Below the pieces are notes generated by a model that was not told where the DNA came from, made no database searches, and saw nothing but the letters and a program-made list of their open reading frames with translations. From Negaprion brevirostris (Eukaryota): a stretch of 64,000 nt of DNA. The stretch is taken from assembly GCA_030324005.1 (NCBI GenBank), contig JARDVH010000140.1, forward strand, positions 25,943,622-26,007,621, given 5' to 3'. Within the stretch, counting starts at the first letter, position 1, and each line of letters begins with the position of its first letter. The translations under genes and the position numbers were made by a program. Shown here piece by piece: positions 11,800 to 24,290 of the stretch.

Positions 11800-11925
11800 G
11801 TTCATAAGATATAGGAGCAGAATTAGGCCATGCAGCCCATCAAGTCTGCTCCACCATTCGATCACAGCTGATATTCTCCTCATCCCTATTTTCCTGCCTT
11901 CTCCCCATAACTCTTCAACCCGTTA
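11800..11925 (-). mobile_element. CR1 3' tail
   Basis: cataagatataggagcagaattaggccatgcagccc. Confidence 0.75.
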
Positions 11926-12439
11926 GGTAATTCAGGCAAGGAACAATGGACAGTTTGCTAAGATATTCTTCATTCTACTTGGCAACTCCAGGATGGAGGC
12001 CAGCCTCAGCCAGTTCAGTGGCTTTCAAATGGCACACTCTCACTGGCTCAGTCTCACTAATTCTTGAAGATCCATTCATCTCACTGCTGTTTGAAGCCTG
12101 GCTATGTAAATTAACTGCTATATTTTCCATCATGGCAACAACAATTGCATTTCAAAGCAATTGTATGTGAATTAGTTTGGGATGTTTCTCAGAGATGTGA
12201 TAGAAATGCAAGTCTTTCATGTTTCGAATCGCTAGCTGGGTTCTGAAATATCAAATTAATTTAATAAGTTCTCAATCGCTTTCACCATACAAAAGAACTT
12301 GCAAATTAAAGCAAGCAAATTGAACAAAAGGAACTGTAAAATTTTAACTGTATTTAATTTGATCATTTTACAGTCTGGGAGTGTGATGAGTGGTGTCTTC
12401 ATCAGCATTGAGTGACAAGATGAGGATCCTATACACTCA

Positions 12440-12880
12440 GACTGGCTATTTCCAGCTATGCAATACCAGTTGCCTCTGCTCCTAATGTGCTCATCTGCTG
12501 CTGAAACCCTCATTTCGTGCCTTTGTTGCCTTTAGACTTGATTAAGAGATCATCTAAAGCCGTGCTGCCTGTGTCCTTATACTCACACCAAATAACTTCA
12601 TCTTGCACTTGCTGACCGATACTGGCCCCCGTCAAACAATGTCTGCCTCAAATTTAAAATTTTCATCTGGTTTTTAAATCACTCCATGACCTGGCCTCTC
12701 CCTCCCTCTCTAATCTCCTCCCTGTGAACTGTTGACACTCCCTTCATTCCAGGCTTTAGTTGCTTCATCATTGTTGACATGCATTCAGCTGCCTCAGCCT
12801 AAGCTCTGGAATTCCCTTCTTAAACCCAACACTTCTATCAAACTTTTGGCTGTTTGCTGTCACATCACCTTATTCCGTGT
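12440..12880 (+). mobile_element. L2 LINE 3' ORF fragment
   Basis: Remnants of AAETLI.AFV..RLD, WPP and FKI...FKSLHDLASP. Confidence 0.7.
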
Positions 12881-12884
12881 GATT

Positions 12885-13542
12885 TAGTTTAATTGTTAGT
12901 GTCACAAGTAGGCTTACATTAACACTGCAATGGAGTTACTGTGAAAATCCCCGAGACCATAATGCAAACTGGCCTCCCATTCATTGACTGTGTCTATACT
13001 TCCTGCTGCTTCAGAAAAGCAGCCAGCATAATTAAGGACCCCACACATCCTGGACATTCTCTCTTCCACCTTCTTCCGTCGGGAAAAAGATACAAAAGTN
13101 NNNNNNNNNNNNNNNNNNNNNNNNNNNNNNNNNNNNNNNNNNNNNNNNNNNNNNNNNNNNNNNNNNNNNNNNNNNNNNNNNNNNNNNNNNNNNNNNNNNN
13201 NNNNNNNNNNNNNNNNNNNNNNNNNNNNNNNNNNNNNNNNNNNNNNNNNNNNNNNNNNNNNNNNNNNNNNNNNNNNNNNNNNNNNNNNNNNNNNNNNNNN
13301 NNNNNNNNNNNNNNNNNNNNNNNNNNNNNNNNNNNNNNNNNNNNNNNNNNNNNNNNNNNNNNNNNNNNNNNNNNNNNNNNNNNNNNNNNNNNNNNNNNNN
13401 NNNNNNNNNNNNNNNNNNNNNNNNNNNNNNNNNNNNNNNNNNNNNNNNNAACCAAGACTCTGCACAGACAGTGACTCAAGCTAGGAATCAAACCCTGGCA
13501 TTGTGAGGCAGCAGTGCTAACCACTGTGCCACCATGCTGCCG
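12885..13542 (-). mobile_element. V-SINE (Rex1-like tail) interrupted by a Rex1 fragment and a gap
   Basis: Tail ttagtgtcacaagtaggcttacattaacactgc and head gcagtgctaaccactgtgccaccatgctgcc. Confidence 0.8.
12951..13099 (+). mobile_element. Rex1/Babar LINE 3' fragment
   Basis: LPFIDCVYTSCCFRKAASIIKDPTHPGHSLFHLLPSGKRYKS. Confidence 0.85.
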
Positions 13543-14448
13543 AATGTGGTAAATCTTGCTTATAATGTTCCTATGAAACACCTTTTTGATTTTTTTACTG
13601 TAACAACTCAGGGAGCCAACTGGAAAGGAATGGTGTTTTATTTTATAAAGTTAAACTTTAAACCACAATCCAATGGTGTGTTTATACAGGTCCCACCTGG
13701 GACGATAGAATAAAGAATCTGCTCATGGGGGCCTGCTTTATAAGAGGTTTGGGATACAAATTCCACTGTTTTGGTAATTACCTATCACCACAGGAACTTG
13801 TATTCTATGGGTCCTACGCCAGGGGGTCAATCAGGGATTCCCCCATGTATGCCTTGGGGGTTACAACAATTACATTCAAGTTGTTATATAAATATAAAAT
13901 TCTGTTCCTGGATTGTATGATTTGTGGATATTCTTGGTAGTGGAAGGATTGCGTTTTCATTTTGGTTGAACAATGCTCTGTAGCATTCTGTTTGCATTTC
14001 TTATTTTCGAAGGCAAGTAGTGGTGAAGTTTAGATTTGAGCATTGACCAGTTAGAAAACAGGAATGGTTAACTTTGCTGATACTCCCCAGGATACTTCCT
14101 TGGTTCACAGCTGGTGGGTTCTGGGGTGGGATTTCCTGTCTTGCTGCAGACATAAAGATCTGGAGCATCTGAAGGAAAAGCTCTCTCTCTCTTTTCTGTG
14201 GCAAATGTCAAAAGTTAGTCAATTATTCATTTTAACCCAATGGTGCAGAGAGGTAATCCATTTGGACTGAGAGGCTAACCTGTGCTGAATTGTACTGTTG
14301 CTATTGTTGAAATATTGCTTTGTATTCTGTGATGACTTGTGAATGACCATTGAAGTGAGCAATTATTCAATTCCCCAGGCTGGCAACCCAAAAGAGGTGG
14401 TAGGCTCCTCGTCAGCATGAAGACTTTCTGGGAAATTGGGCTGCTGTA

Positions 14449-14819
14449 GGGGAAGCAATGACCTAATGGTACTATCGCTATATTATTAATCCAGAAACTG
14501 AGCTAATGTTCTGAGGACCCAGGTTTGAATCCCACCATGGCAATTGGTGGAATTTGAATTCAGTCAAAAAAATAGCTGGACTCAAGCATTTACTGATGGC
14601 CGTGAAGCCATTGTCGATTGTTGGAAAATCCCATCTAGTTTACTTATGTCCTTTAGGGAAAGAAATCTGCTGTCCATACCTGGTCTGGCCTACATGTAAC
14701 CCCAGAACTATAGTAATGTGGTTGACTCTCAACTGCCCTCTGAACAAGGGCAACTAGGGACGGTAATTAGTGCTGGCCACCCAGCAATGCCCATGTCCCA
14801 CAAATGAGTTAAAAAAAAA
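14449..14819 (+). mobile_element. tRNA-derived SINE family B
   Basis: B box ggtttgaatcc; core gaaatctgc..cctggtctggcctacatgt; tail gggcaactagggacgg...cccatgtcccacaaatga(A)n shared with LINE family B. Confidence 0.85.
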
Positions 14820-15954
14820 GTGTACACCTTTTGCGTTGTCTCTGTTCAGGTTGTGCATGCATGGATGTGACCAAAAGAAATGAAAAGTAAATGTAAAATG
14901 AAATGTTGATGTAGAGCTAAGGGGAGTTAGGATGCTCCTTCCAGCTCCAGAGCAGTCATGAGGGCTACCACCGGTCAGTTTTGCACAACCTCTTCTCACC
15001 CCTTGCTTGCCTGAGGAATTTGCCTGACATTTGGTTCAAATACATTTCTTCACTTAAATGCCAAATTCTCGAGTGTTCATTTACACTGCAAAAGTTGCTG
15101 AACCCTAGGAAGATGACAGCAGCTGTGATCAGCATACCATGTAATGCAGGTGCCTATTCTTTTTAAATATCATTGTTTTATTTTATTATGAAGATAGTTA
15201 TCAGACCACAAATTTAAATGTGATGTACATGTGCCACATTTGGAAATGTCACCGTTTCCCTTGGGAATGGACACTATTGTTCTGAGGCCCAGAACTCTCA
15301 GGCATGAAAAGAAGTCGGCTGACCCATTTGGCTGACATTCTGGCTGGATCTATTTCAATAAGCACAAACAAATACTAACAACGCATCTGGAAGATTAAAC
15401 ATGAAGTGGCGCATTTTGTGACGGGGAACTTGGGGAATGTTAAAGCTGGTCTTTCAACAATCCCAATAGGTTAATTATTGTTAAGGTTCTGATTCAGGGT
15501 TAAGTCTGATGATTGTTCTGTAAAATGAAGGTTAATCTGATTTTGAAGAATAACCCTTTTGTAGTCCTGTCATTATTGGACACAGCTATTATCCCTGTCT
15601 GGTGCAGGGAATACTTCAGATCCTCACCATATTGATAGGAAGTCTTAGTGTTATGTTCAGATGGCTGAACAAAATTCCTTGGAGGAGCTGTACTGTGCTT
15701 GAGTTAACAATGCAAGTCAGCTCCTTTCATCACTATGCTTTGTGAAGATACTTGTAGATATTTATTACTTACTTTAAAGTACTTGTGTTTCTTCTTTCCA
15801 AAATTTCTTTGATGATCAAGCTGAGTTGAACGTAACCTGTTCTCCTTGCAGTCATTCACTTTTATGCTTGTTGCAAATTTCTCTTGATTTTTTTGACCCA
15901 CCTGTGCTGCTCTCCCCAAACAAAATCCAAAGATTTGACCCAAAGATCAGAAGA

Positions 15955-16330
15955 CATCATTCTATCGAATTACATGAAACTTACAGCTCCGAGTCAGAGC
16001 ATTCTCACAATAGGTCCATGATGGTTTTATGTTCCACAATAGCTTCCTTTCACCCTACTTTATCTAACCCTTTAGGCATATCCTTTAATTAATCCTCCAG
16101 GTGTTTATAGGTTCCCTGGAGCCATCTATGTTATTCACCTCAACACCCCAATGTGTACGTATTCCACAATTCCAAACATTCTTTGGGTAAATAAGTTTCC
16201 CCTGGATTGGACTTAATCCTGACTATCTTATATTTGTGGCATTTAGTATCGGCTTCCCCCACAAGTGAGAGCTGCTTCTCCACACCTACCCTCTCAAACC
16301 CCGTTGTCATTTTAAATACTGCTATAGTTT
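15955..16330 (-). mobile_element. Old CR1 3' end
   Basis: tattccacaattccaaacattctttgggtaaataagttt is the reverse complement of the FTQR..WN region. Confidence 0.55.
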
Positions 16331-16415
16331 TTGTACTTTGGTCTTCAATCAGCCATTGTTATCACATCTTTCCTGAGTACTTTTGCCATTTCTAATGTTT
16401 CATATTTCCTTAATA

Positions 16416-17143
16416 CAATGATTCCTAACCAGTGTGTACTAGTACACTGTGAAGATCTCCCAGGTCTGCCATGAAAAACAATTCAAAATGATTCAAAATT
16501 CATGTAATTAAATAAAACTAACCTTCATCTGAGGCTCTGTGGTTGGCATTTCCAAAACCCGATGAATACTGGGCCTCCCACGCGCACACCGGCTGGAAAA
16601 GATCTGCACATGCATGGTTTAGATACTTTACATTGGTCCAGCCTCATGACCAATGGGACTTGGAGTTGATGACAAAGGTCCCATGCGCTCGTACAAAAAG
16701 TGAAAACTCAAAAAAGGGCACAAAAACCCAGGGAAAAACGAGAGGTTAAAGAAATCAAGGTGAGAAGACAAGGGAAAGTTAAAACAAAGTTCCCAGTAAG
16801 GAACAAAGGCAGAGAAAATAGGAGTGCCTGAAAAAAAATTACACAATATAGAGGTATAAATTAAAGTTTATTTATTAGTGTCACAAGTAAGCTTATGTTA
16901 ACACTGCTGTGAAAATCCCTTAGTTGCCACACTCTGGCTACACTGAGGAATAATTTAGCATGGCCAATGCATCTAGCCACGTCTTTCAGACTTTGGGAGG
17001 AAACTGGAGCACCTGGACGATACCCACGCAGACATGGGGAGAACGTACAGTCAAAACAGGCAGTGACCCTGGTCCCTGGAGCTGTGAAGCAGTAGTGCCA
17101 CTATGCCATTGTGCTGCCCATGATTTAAGGTTGGGAACCACTG
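16416..17143. mobile_element. hAT-Charlie-type non-autonomous DNA transposon with nested SINE
   Basis: TIRs caatgattcctaacc / ggttgggaaccactg (12/15 match); 8-bp flanks ccttaata / ccttattg (6/8 match). Confidence 0.7.
16862..17120 (-). mobile_element. V-SINE (Rex1-like tail)
   Basis: tttatttattagtgtcacaagtaagc...ccactatgccattgtgctgcc. Confidence 0.85.
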
Positions 17144-17369
17144 CCTTATTGAATTCGTCACGTAAACACTGATTCCAGAGCCTGTTTGCAGAGCGCAGTT
17201 GAGGAAATTGTATGATTTCTTGACCCAATCTCTTTCTCAGCACTATTTCCTGCTGAGAAGAACAGGGCTTCACAGAATCTACCTGGATGGCTGATATGCC
17301 AGCTGCCACCCACAAATAGACCCCATGCTCCAATGGTCAACTGCCTGTCAGTTAAAATCTGTTCTGTTC

Positions 17370-18913
17370 ATCTGTTTAATTTCATCCTAGACCACAATGT
17401 CTTCACCTTCAACAACCATTTCTTCATCCAGACACATGGAACAGCCATGGGGACCAAATTTGCACCTCAATATGCCAACATCTTCATGCACAGGTTNNNN
17501 NNNNNNNNNNNNNNNNNNNNNNNNNNNNNNNNNNNNNNNNNNNNNNNNNNNNNNNNNNNNNNNNNNNNNNNNNNNNNNNNNNNNNNNNNNNNNNNNNNNN
17601 NNNNNNNNNNNNNNNNNNNNNNNNNNNNNNNNNNNNNNNNNNNNNNNNNNNNNNNNNNNNNNNNNNNNNNNNNNNNNNNNNNNNNNNNNNNNNNNNNNNN
17701 NNNNNNNNNNNNNNNNNNNNNNNNNNNNNNNNNNNNNNNNNNNNNNNNNNNNNNNNNNNNNNNNNNNNNNNNNNNNNNNNNNNNNNNNNNNNNNNNNNNN
17801 NNNNNNNNNNNNNNNNNNNNNNNNNNNNNNNNNNNNNNNNNNNNNNNNNNNNNNNNNNNNNNNNNNNNNNNNNNNNNNNNNNNNNNNNNNNNNNNNNNNN
17901 NNNNNNNNNNNNNNNNNNNNNNNNNNNNNNNNNNNNNNNNNNNNNNNNNNNNNNNNNNNNNNNNNNNNNNNNNNNNNNNNNNNNNNNNNNNNNNNNNNNN
18001 NNNNNNNNNNNNNNNNNNNNNNNNNNNNNNNNNNNNNNNNNNNNNNNNNNNNNNNNNNNNNNNNNNNNNNNNNNNNNNNNNNNNNNNNNNNNNNNNNNNN
18101 NNNNNNNNNNNNNNNNNNNNNNNNNNNNNNNNNNNNNNNNNNNNNNNNNNNNNNNNNNNNNNNNNNNNNNNNNNNNNNNNNNNNNNNNNNNNNNNNNNNN
18201 NNNNNNNNNNNNNNNNNNNNNNNNNNNNNNNNNNNNNNNNNNNNNNNNNNNNNNNNNNNNNNNNNNNNNNNNNNNNNNNNNNNNNNNNNNNNNNNNNNNN
18301 NNNNNNNNNNNNNNNNNNNNNNNNNNNNNNNNNNNNNNNNNNNNNNNNNNNNNNNNNNNNNNNNNNNNNNNNNNNNNNNNNNNNNNNNNNNNNNNNNNNN
18401 NNNNNNNNNNNNNNNNNNNNNNNNNNNNNNNNNNNNNNNNNNNNNNNNNNNNNNNNNNNNNNNNNNNNNNNNNNNNNNAAGCGTTCTTCAAGGCGGCTTC
18501 CACGACATACGACAACGCAAAGTCGCTGAGCAGAAACTGATAGGCAAGTTCTGCATACATGAGGACAGCCTCAGTCGGGATCTTGGGTTCATGTCACACT
18601 ATCTGTAATCCCCACAACTTGCCTGGGCTTGCAAAATTTCATTAACTTTCCTGTCTGGAGGCAATTTGCATCTCTTTAACATATGTTTAATGCTCTCTCC
18701 ACTTACATTGTCTGTACCCTTAAGATTTGATTACCTGTAAAGATTCGCATTCCAATCATTATCTTACAAATTGAGTTTGTGTCTTTCTTTGCCCTGTTTG
18801 TGAACAGAACTCCCACTTACCTGATGAAGTAGCAGTGCTCCGAAAGCTAGTGGCTTTTGCTACTGAATAAACCCATTGGATTTTAACCTGGCGTTGTGAG
18901 ACTTCTTACAGTG
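17370..18913 (+). mobile_element. Penelope-like element (RT, C-terminal GIY-YIG region, pLTR); mostly in a gap
   Basis: FILDHNVFTFNNHFFIQTHGTAMGTKFAPQYANIFM (PLE RT); RKVAEQKLIGKF..HEDSLSRDLG (endonuclease C-terminus); pLTR at 18805-18913. Confidence 0.9.
18818..18853 (+). ncRNA. Minimal type I hammerhead ribozyme motif
   Basis: tac CTGATGA a gtagc agt gctcc GAAA gcta gtg (one stem II mismatch). Confidence 0.65.
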
Positions 18914-20432
18914 TTAAAATCTGTCCCACATGGTTTTCATTAAGCTTTGAATCATAGCTTTACTCTGACATTTTATTCCGAGAAAAGGGATGGTGGAATA
19001 GACTGAAGTTCTTTCTACATATCCTGCTGCAATTTCAGATTTTTCTATTTCACGGATCTGGAGACCATTTAACGGCCAGACTGAAGCTGCAACGTGTAAA
19101 CCTCACATTACTACAACATGTACAAAAACCTTTTCCAATATCCTCTCTGCCAGCCTTTTGGTGTACTCTATTATTTTAGTCAGGTTCATAAATCACAGGG
19201 CTGACTGAAACATTAGTCACGTATAGGGTACCTATAAGGCATGATAACATTTGTATGATGCATCTACAGAGCCAACATTATTCAACAACTATTGAGACAA
19301 TTGAAACTAATTCTTCAGATTTGCCTGCCCAATTAAGGGGTTAAATGATGGAAGTCAAATGCATTGCTGCTGTTGTCACATTGTCAGAAGGTAACTGTGT
19401 AACTGGGAAGAAAGTCAATGAAGCACTGCTCTTGCAAAATAGAAACAAATCTCATTAGTTCCGAACAATTTATTCATCTTGCTTGTGCCCTGTGGATCCA
19501 TAAACACATTGGTGAACAGCCTAGCAAGTAAATCTAGTATGTAGAAAAAGGGAGTTTAGCTAACACCAGGGAGCAATTGAGAAATTTACTCCTACCCATT
19601 TATGCTGTGGTGTACAGGTTTATTTCTGCATCATCCAATATCATTTTAATTAACATACCTTAATTTGCCGATCGCAAATATTAATCATTGTATTCAAAAT
19701 TAATATATTCTGAAGTGCTGTGTCGTAGGAATAATACTAAACCCAAGTTATTATAATGTGCATGTTGATATTTCATTCTGTGCTTTTAAGTGATTTTAGA
19801 AATAAAACATTGGGTGGGATTTTGAGCCCACACTGTTCGTGTGTGGGATCATCAGCGCGGGTGCAAAATCCGAACAAAATTGGGAAACGCGATTCTTTCC
19901 CGAAAAATCGTCTTTTCCTATTTTCCCTGTTCAATGTCACAAGGAAAAATCAGTTAAATAGATTTTAATAAATCTTAGTATGATTAACAGCCACCGGTCC
20001 CCCCCCCCCCCTCGCCTTTGTGATATGAGCTCTCCTTACTAAATATTTGCAACTGGGTGGGCCAAACGTGAAACAGTCGAGGGGATCCCCCTGGGGGTGC
20101 TAAGGAATGTACAGATCTCAGGAGATTTGAAAGCCTTGAATTTATGCTTTGAACCCTGAGTGATACCTTAATTATGAATCCTATGCAGTCAATGCTAGAG
20201 TTCAGGGTGAAAACAAGACCATTGATCAGTATGTACATGCTGGAACACAGCTTGCAGAATCATATATATTCGGACAGCTAAAAGATGACTTGATGGAAAA
20301 ATTTAATAGTCTTAACCGCACGAGACCCTACAGTCACAGAAAGCCTACTGGAAGAGGAGAAACATGCTCAGGAAAGCGATTGATGTGGGTAGAAATCAGG
20401 AGCTTGTAAAACATCAGAGTGTATATATGAAG

Positions 20433-20833
20433 AGTTTTATTTATTAGTCAGAAGTAGGCTTACATTCACACTGCAATGAAGTTACTGTGAAAATCCTTAA
20501 TTGCCACATTCCGGCGCCTGTTCGGGTACACTGAGGGAGAATGTAGCGTGGCTAATCCACCTAACTTGCACATCTTTTGGACTGTAGGAGGAAACCAGAG
20601 CACTTGGAGGAAACCCATGCAGACATGGGGACAGCGTNNNNNNNNNNNNNNNNNNNNNNNNNNNNNNNNNNNNNNNNNNNNNNNNNNNNNNNNNNNNNNN
20701 NNNNNNNNNNNNNNNNNNNNNNNNNNNNNNNNNNNNNAGACATGGGGACAGCGTGCAAGCTCCGCACAGATAGTGACCCAAGATGGGAATCGAAGCTGGG
20801 TCCCTAGCGTTGTGCTAACCACTGTGCCACCGG
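20433..20833 (-). mobile_element. V-SINE (Rex1-like tail) nested in Gypsy gag
   Basis: ttattagtcagaagtaggcttacatt...gtgctaaccactgtgccacc. Confidence 0.9.
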
Positions 20834-22311
20834 CCGAGCAGACTAAGGGGTACATTATGCTGAGACATTCCAGGTTGCAGGAGCAGGGCCATCACAGACA
20901 AAGGGTGGGATGGTAAATACCGCACTTAATATTATATAAAGGAAAAGGAGGATTGGCAGATGTAACTGTGAAAAGCTGAGTCTTTTTGCACGCAAGCACT
21001 TTAGTGAGAAAGAAAACAAGTCCATGCGGGTGGCCACTGGTGAGACATTAGCTGAAGAGCCTGATGAAGAACTAAACACGATCCAACAGGTTGATATTGT
21101 CAAGTTAATAGAGGATAAATGATATGTAACTTTACAGTGATGATTGCGGGAGGGGAGTAACAAACAAGAAATGTCAGATAAGCACTGCTGCTTCATGCAA
21201 CATGTTAACAAACATCACAGATCTGTGCAAAATGGCTCAACAGGGTGATCCAGAAATGAAGTCGTTAAAAGTAAGATTGATGGCACAGTACTCGGATCAA
21301 GCGGGCATATTAGTCTGAGAACCCAATTCAGTGGCAACCCGGAAGATCTAGTGGAGAGTGGACACAATGGTCACTCATCTCAGCTGAAGCAACTGGACTG
21401 GTAACCCTGAATGTGTCAACACAGGGTTACAATGTGTCACACCACACAAAACCATTGATCATCGAACAGATGCTAGAGCAGTACAAAGATGTGTTCACAA
21501 GGTTAGGATGTCTACCAGGAGAATATCATCTAGAAGTAGATAAGAGTAAGATCAATTCAGAGATGTGTTCCAGCTCCCCTCAAATCAAGCCTAAAGGACA
21601 AGACAGAAAAGCTGAAAAATGGGGAGTGATCAAAAATGTGACAACTCCTACAGACTGGATTATTAACATAGTAGTATTGTACAATCTGGAATATTACAAG
21701 TATGCNNNNNNNNNNNNNNNNNNNNNNNNNNNNNNNNNNNNNNNNNNNNNNNNNNNNNNNNNNNNNNNNNNNNNNNNNNNNNNNNNNNNNNNNNNNNNNN
21801 NNNNNNNNNNNNNNNNNNNNNNNNNNNNNNNNNNNNNNNNNNNNNNNNNNNNNNNNNNNNNNNNNNNNNNNNNNNNNNNNNNNNNNNNNNNNNNNNNNNN
21901 NNNNNNNNNNNNNNNNNNNNNNNNNNNNNNNNNNNNNNNNNNNNNNNNNNNNNNNNNNNNNNNNNNNNNNNNNNNNNNNNNNNNNNNNNNNNNNNNNNNN
22001 NNNNNNNNNNNNNNNNNNNNNNNNNNNNNNNNNNNNNNNNNNNNNNNNNNNNNNNNNNNNNNNNNNNNNNNNNNNNNNNNNNNNNNNNNNNNNNNNNNNN
22101 NNNNNNNNNNNNNNNNNNNNNNNNNNNNNNNNNNNNNNNNNNNNNNNNNNNNNNNNNNNNNNNNNNNNNNNNNNNNNNNNNNNNNNNNNNNNNNNNNNNN
22201 NNNNNNNNNNNNNNNNNNNNNNNNNNNNNNNNNNNNNNNNNNNNNNNNNNNNNNNNNNNNNNNNNNNNNNNNNNNNNNNNNNNNNNNNNNNNNNNNNNNN
22301 NNNNNNNNNNN

Positions 22312-22415
22312 TGGCTTTTTTAACGTTAGCATTGGCATGGGGGGGACCAGGATATTGGTGATCTAGACACCTAAAAACCTGGAGCCCTTGACCATGAAAA
22401 CGTGAAGCTCTTGAC
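22312..22415 (-). mobile_element. Rex1/Babar fragment nested in Gypsy RT
   Basis: gtgatctagacacctaaaaacctggagcccttgaccat resembles the reverse complement of MVESFKFLGVQIT. Confidence 0.55.
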
Positions 22416-24290
22416 CATACGAACCATCAAAGGACATCTGCTGCAACTTGCCAAGGCAACGATCTTTAGTACCCGAGGTGTGAAGGATAGTTACTGACAA
22501 GTGAAGCTGGATGAAAACAGCAGCTTCCTAACAACATTCTTGATGCCATTTGGGAGATACAGATGGCTGCGTGTGTTGTTTGACATTTCTATGACTCCAG
22601 ATGAATACCAACACAGATAACATGAGGTAATCAGTGATCTTCCCAGAGTAGAAGCCATAGTGTATGACCCTGTGGATGTGGAGGCACAATAAAAGAAACA
22701 ACAGTCGACTCTGTTCAGAATTTAAAATGACTGCTGGGGACAGCTCACCTGATGAAGCTGAATAAGAAAAAAATTGCAACTGTAGATGCCTGAAGTCAAA
22801 TACATAGGTCATGTACTGACAACAGAAGGTCTTCACCCGGATCCTGACTTGGTGAGAGTTAGAGAAGCAACGCAGCAACCAACAGATGTGAAAGCAGTGC
22901 AACAATTTGTTTGATTCATGAGGTATTTAGTATTATTTTTGCCTAATTTGTCATCAAGAGTGAACAGTTGCACTGCTAAGGAGCCACAGTGGCAAAGGCA
23001 AAAAGAACAAGAAGTAATGTTGACCAAAATCAAACAACTTGTGACAACCATGTCAGTGCTGAAATACCAAGATGTCAGTGATGAAGCCACCTTGCAGTGT
23101 GACGCCAGTGAGGTAGATCTGGGAGTGACCCGAATGCAGCAAGGACAACTGGTCACAATTGTATCCAGGGCACTATGTAAATGAAAGAGTGCCTGGCTAT
23201 TTATTTCTTGTGAGCATTTGATTCATATTCCTGCTTGGAGGAGATAAAGTGAGAATGGAGTCTGACAACAAGCCACTTCAAAGCATTTTTCTCAAACTGT
23301 TATTATCTGCTTCATATCATCAACAAAAATTGTTACTTTGTTTACAAAGGTACCATCTGGATATGACATTCAAACAACTAAACGTGGTTGGGAAGTCAAC
23401 AGCCCAGCAGAGACATTCACTGGAATTCTACCATCCTGCCTGGCATGGGAATTGGAACGGGAGAATCTTGGTCAGAATTTTATGATTTCAGGATGAGTGA
23501 TGCCGTAAAATACCAGCCATTGAATCTGTTAGACAAGCGCTTTGCTCAAATCAAGCAAACTACCCAACAAAATGCAACTATGCAAGTTCTATAAGATATA
23601 GTGATGAAAAGGTGAGAGCATCAAGGAGATGTGGTCACAAGCACACATTGGGCCTTATGAGATTAATTGACAGCCCAAGAAGGCATCTTGTATAAAGGAA
23701 ATAGAATCAACATCTCTAAGGAGATGAAAGGAGAGATGTTGAAGCCCATCCATGCAAGCCATTCAAGGAATTGAATCAACTCTGAGAAAGGCAAAAGAAA
23801 TGCTCTACTGGCCAAGCATGAGCAATAGAATTAAAGACCATGTTGGCCAGTGACGTGTATGTAATGTTTACCAAGCTAAATGAGCTATAGAGTAGTTGAT
23901 GATGTAAGACATCCCAGACAGATCATGGATGCAACTGGGAGTAGACCTCTTCTATAGCAGGAATTGATCATCTTGTCATTTGAGAGTACTACTCTGACTG
24001 CTAGCAGTTAGACTAGCTGACTTCAAAGACATCAGGAAAATGGTAAAATGCCTGAAATAACACGTCAATCAGTACAGCATTCTAGACATTGTGGAGAGTG
24101 ACAGTGGTGCTCGGTACACGTGAAGAATTCAGCTGATTCATAAAAGGATTGTGCAATTCAGCACTACACATGATCTGTGTACTTATATCATTTGACTGTC
24201 TGGAGGCAGACATTTTAAGATAATTTAATAAAGACTGCTCACCAATGTGATGATACTGCACTTTTAAAAAATGTATTTATATCATTTTCT

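Larger units (their letters stand above)
20110..24190 (+). mobile_element. Decayed Ty3/Gypsy internal region (gag-pol)
   Basis: RVQGENKTIDQYV (gag); YKDVFTRLGCLPGEYHL; FLTTF.MPFGRYRWLR; TLQCDASE and ESDNKPL (RNaseH); PWMQLGVDL-like and VESDSG (IN); many stops. Confidence 0.85.

Noticed and set aside
17333-18608. Long 350-400 aa ORF calls (also 21413-22366, 29268-30047, 63227-63736)
   Set aside because: They run through N gaps; the real flanks are Penelope, Gypsy or CR1 fragments.
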